DNA of 18,218 bases from NCBI GenBank assembly GCA_035703635.1, contig DASSXV010000070.1, forward strand, positions 1 to 18,218. The letters run 5' to 3'. Under the pieces are notes generated by a model, which saw nothing but the letters and a program-made list of their open reading frames with translations, was not told where the DNA came from and did not search any database. Both the position numbers and the translations under genes were made by a program. Positions 16,852 to 18,218 of the stretch are shown one piece after another (within the stretch, counting starts at the first letter, position 1; every line of letters starts with the position of its first letter). Origin of the DNA: Trueperaceae bacterium (GTDB taxonomy: Bacteria; Deinococcota; Deinococci; Deinococcales; Trueperaceae).

Positions 16852-17550
16852 ATGCGCACTACGTCCCGGTTAGCCGCAATCCTCGCAGCGGTCGCGTTGC
16901 TGCTGGCAGCATGTGCCCCCACGAGCGGAGACTCGCAGCGCGTCGGGGTCGAGCAGCTCACCGAACCGATCTCCTACTACCCCAACCAGACCGGCGCCAC
17001 CTGGCAGTACCTGCCGAACGGTGCGCGCCTCACCGACCCAAGGACCACCGTTCAGATCCTCGGCCCAACGGTCGTGGGCGGCGAAGTGTGGGTGGCCTGG
17101 AACGCGCGCGGCCGCGGCCTTGACGAGATGAGCTACCGCCAGGTGCGCGCTGACGGCGTGTGGTTGAAGCGCCAGGAGCGCCTCGGCACTAGTTACGAGT
17201 TCGACCCGCCCCTGCACGAGTACCCGGCGCCAGACACGCTGCGCGTCGGCGCGCTGTGGTCAGGCACGACCAACGTGCATATCGACGCCATGGAGGGCAA
17301 GCAGACGCTTGACCTCAAGATCGACTACAGCTACATCGTCGTCGACAAGCGCGTTGTCACCGTACCCGCTGGCCAGATCGAAGTGTTCGTGATCGACTTC
17401 ACGAGCCGCACGACCGACGAGAACGGCGCGACCACGGAAGAACTCACCCAGAGCACCTGGTTCGCGCCGCACGTCGGCGACGTCAGGCTGCGCAGCGGTC
17501 AGGTGCTCGTCGGCACCAACGTCGCGCAAGTAGAAGCCGTAACGCCATGA
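16852..17550 (+). CDS. Putative lipoprotein of unknown function, beta-rich
   Basis: Signal [21 protein letters not shown] with lipobox Cys21. VTVPAG and TWFAPHVG motifs typical of open beta-sheet periplasmic proteins. Confidence 0.82.
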   Translation: MRTTSRLAAILAAVALLLAACAPTSGDSQRVGVEQLTEPISYYPNQTGATWQYLPNGARLTDPRTTVQILGPTVVGGEVWVAWNARGRGLDEMSYRQVRADGVWLKRQERLGTSYEFDPPLHEYPAPDTLRVGALWSGTTNVHIDAMEGKQTLDLKIDYSYIVVDKRVVTVPAGQIEVFVIDFTSRTTDENGATTEELTQSTWFAPHVGDVRLRSGQVLVGTNVAQVEAVTP

Positions 17551-18218
17551 GCAAGGCGCCGCCGCGCGGGCTGCTCGCGGGCATCGACCAACCTTCCGAC
17601 CTCAAGCGCCTCAAGCGCGAGCAGCTACCTGAACTGGCGGAGGAGCTGCGCAGCGAGATCATCCGCGTGTGCTCCGTGGCTGGCGGGCACCTCGCCTCGA
17701 GCCTCGGAGCCGTCGAGCTGACCGTCGCGCTGCACTACCTCCTCGACACGAAGCACGACCGCATCGTGTGGGACGTCGGTCACCAGACGTACGGGCACAA
17801 GATCCTCACGGGCCGCAAGGACCGCCTCGACACGATCCGCCAAGCGGGTGGCCTTGCTGGTTTCACCGCAACGAGCGAGTCAGAGCACGACGCGCTCACG
17901 GTCGGCCACGCCTCGACCAGCCTCGCGGCCGCCCTCGGCATGGCATTGGCGCGCGACGCGCGCCACGCCAACTACGAGGTCGCTGCCGTCATCGGCGACG
18001 GCGCCCTGACAGGCGGCATGGCGCTCGCTGCCCTCAACCAGATCGGGCATCTCAAGCCGCGCATGCTCATCGTGCTGAACGACAACGAGATGTCGATCAG
18101 CGAGAACGTCGGCGCCATCAACCATTACATGCGCACGTTGCAGGTGCAGCCGTGGTTCCAGCAGGCGGAGGACCGCGCCAAGCAGCGCCTCACGCGGCTG
18201 TGGGAGCCGCTAGCCGAC
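17547..18218 (+). CDS. dxs: 1-deoxy-D-xylulose-5-phosphate synthase, 3'-truncated by the window edge
   Basis: Absent from the ORF track because there is no stop. Manual translation gives [61 protein letters not shown] and ThDP motif [13 protein letters not shown]...[12 protein letters not shown] overlap with the lipoprotein stop. Confidence 0.96.
   Translation, partial: MSKAPPRGLLAGIDQPSDLKRLKREQLPELAEELRSEIIRVCSVAGGHLASSLGAVELTVALHYLLDTKHDRIVWDVGHQTYGHKILTGRKDRLDTIRQAGGLAGFTATSESEHDALTVGHASTSLAAALGMALARDARHANYEVAAVIGDGALTGGMALAALNQIGHLKPRMLIVLNDNEMSISENVGAINHYMRTLQVQPWFQQAEDRAKQRLTRLWEPLAD

Noticed and set aside
1-18218. CRISPR array, transposase, integrase, tRNA or rRNA genes
   Set aside because: No regularly spaced repeats or recombinase motifs were seen; the only tRNA-like arm belongs to tmRNA.

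Overview
GC-rich bacterial chromosome segment, most likely Deinococcota. The basis is a tmRNA tag (A)GNNNYALAA, Thermus-like MetX and PurD motifs, and repeated TANNNT -10 boxes just upstream of start codons. In order: a 5'-truncated secreted fusion of an unknown Cys/His-bearing beta domain with a class I cytochrome c; an overlapping secreted protein with duplicated Ig-like domains; a lone DegT-family aminotransferase; a secreted hypothetical protein; a SAM-I riboswitch with a long leader ahead of metY-metX; an orphan double-NBD ABC ATPase divergent from tmRNA; a Phd/YefM-RelE/ParE toxin-antitoxin pair; an orphan MalK/MsmX-type ATPase; then ABC-F, FAH-family hydrolase, MBL-fold hydrolase, purN, purD, a lipoprotein and the 5' part of dxs. 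The best lead is the met leader. By hand-pairing, the SAM-I aptamer appears to gate the strong RBS of an unannotated 24-codon Thr-rich uORF (4539-4613) rather than metY itself, which suggests combined riboswitch and leader-peptide control at the homoserine branch point. The second lead is the cytochrome c fusion plus Ig-repeat pair, a candidate uncharacterised extracytoplasmic redox module. All RNA structures were paired by eye and no database searches were run.
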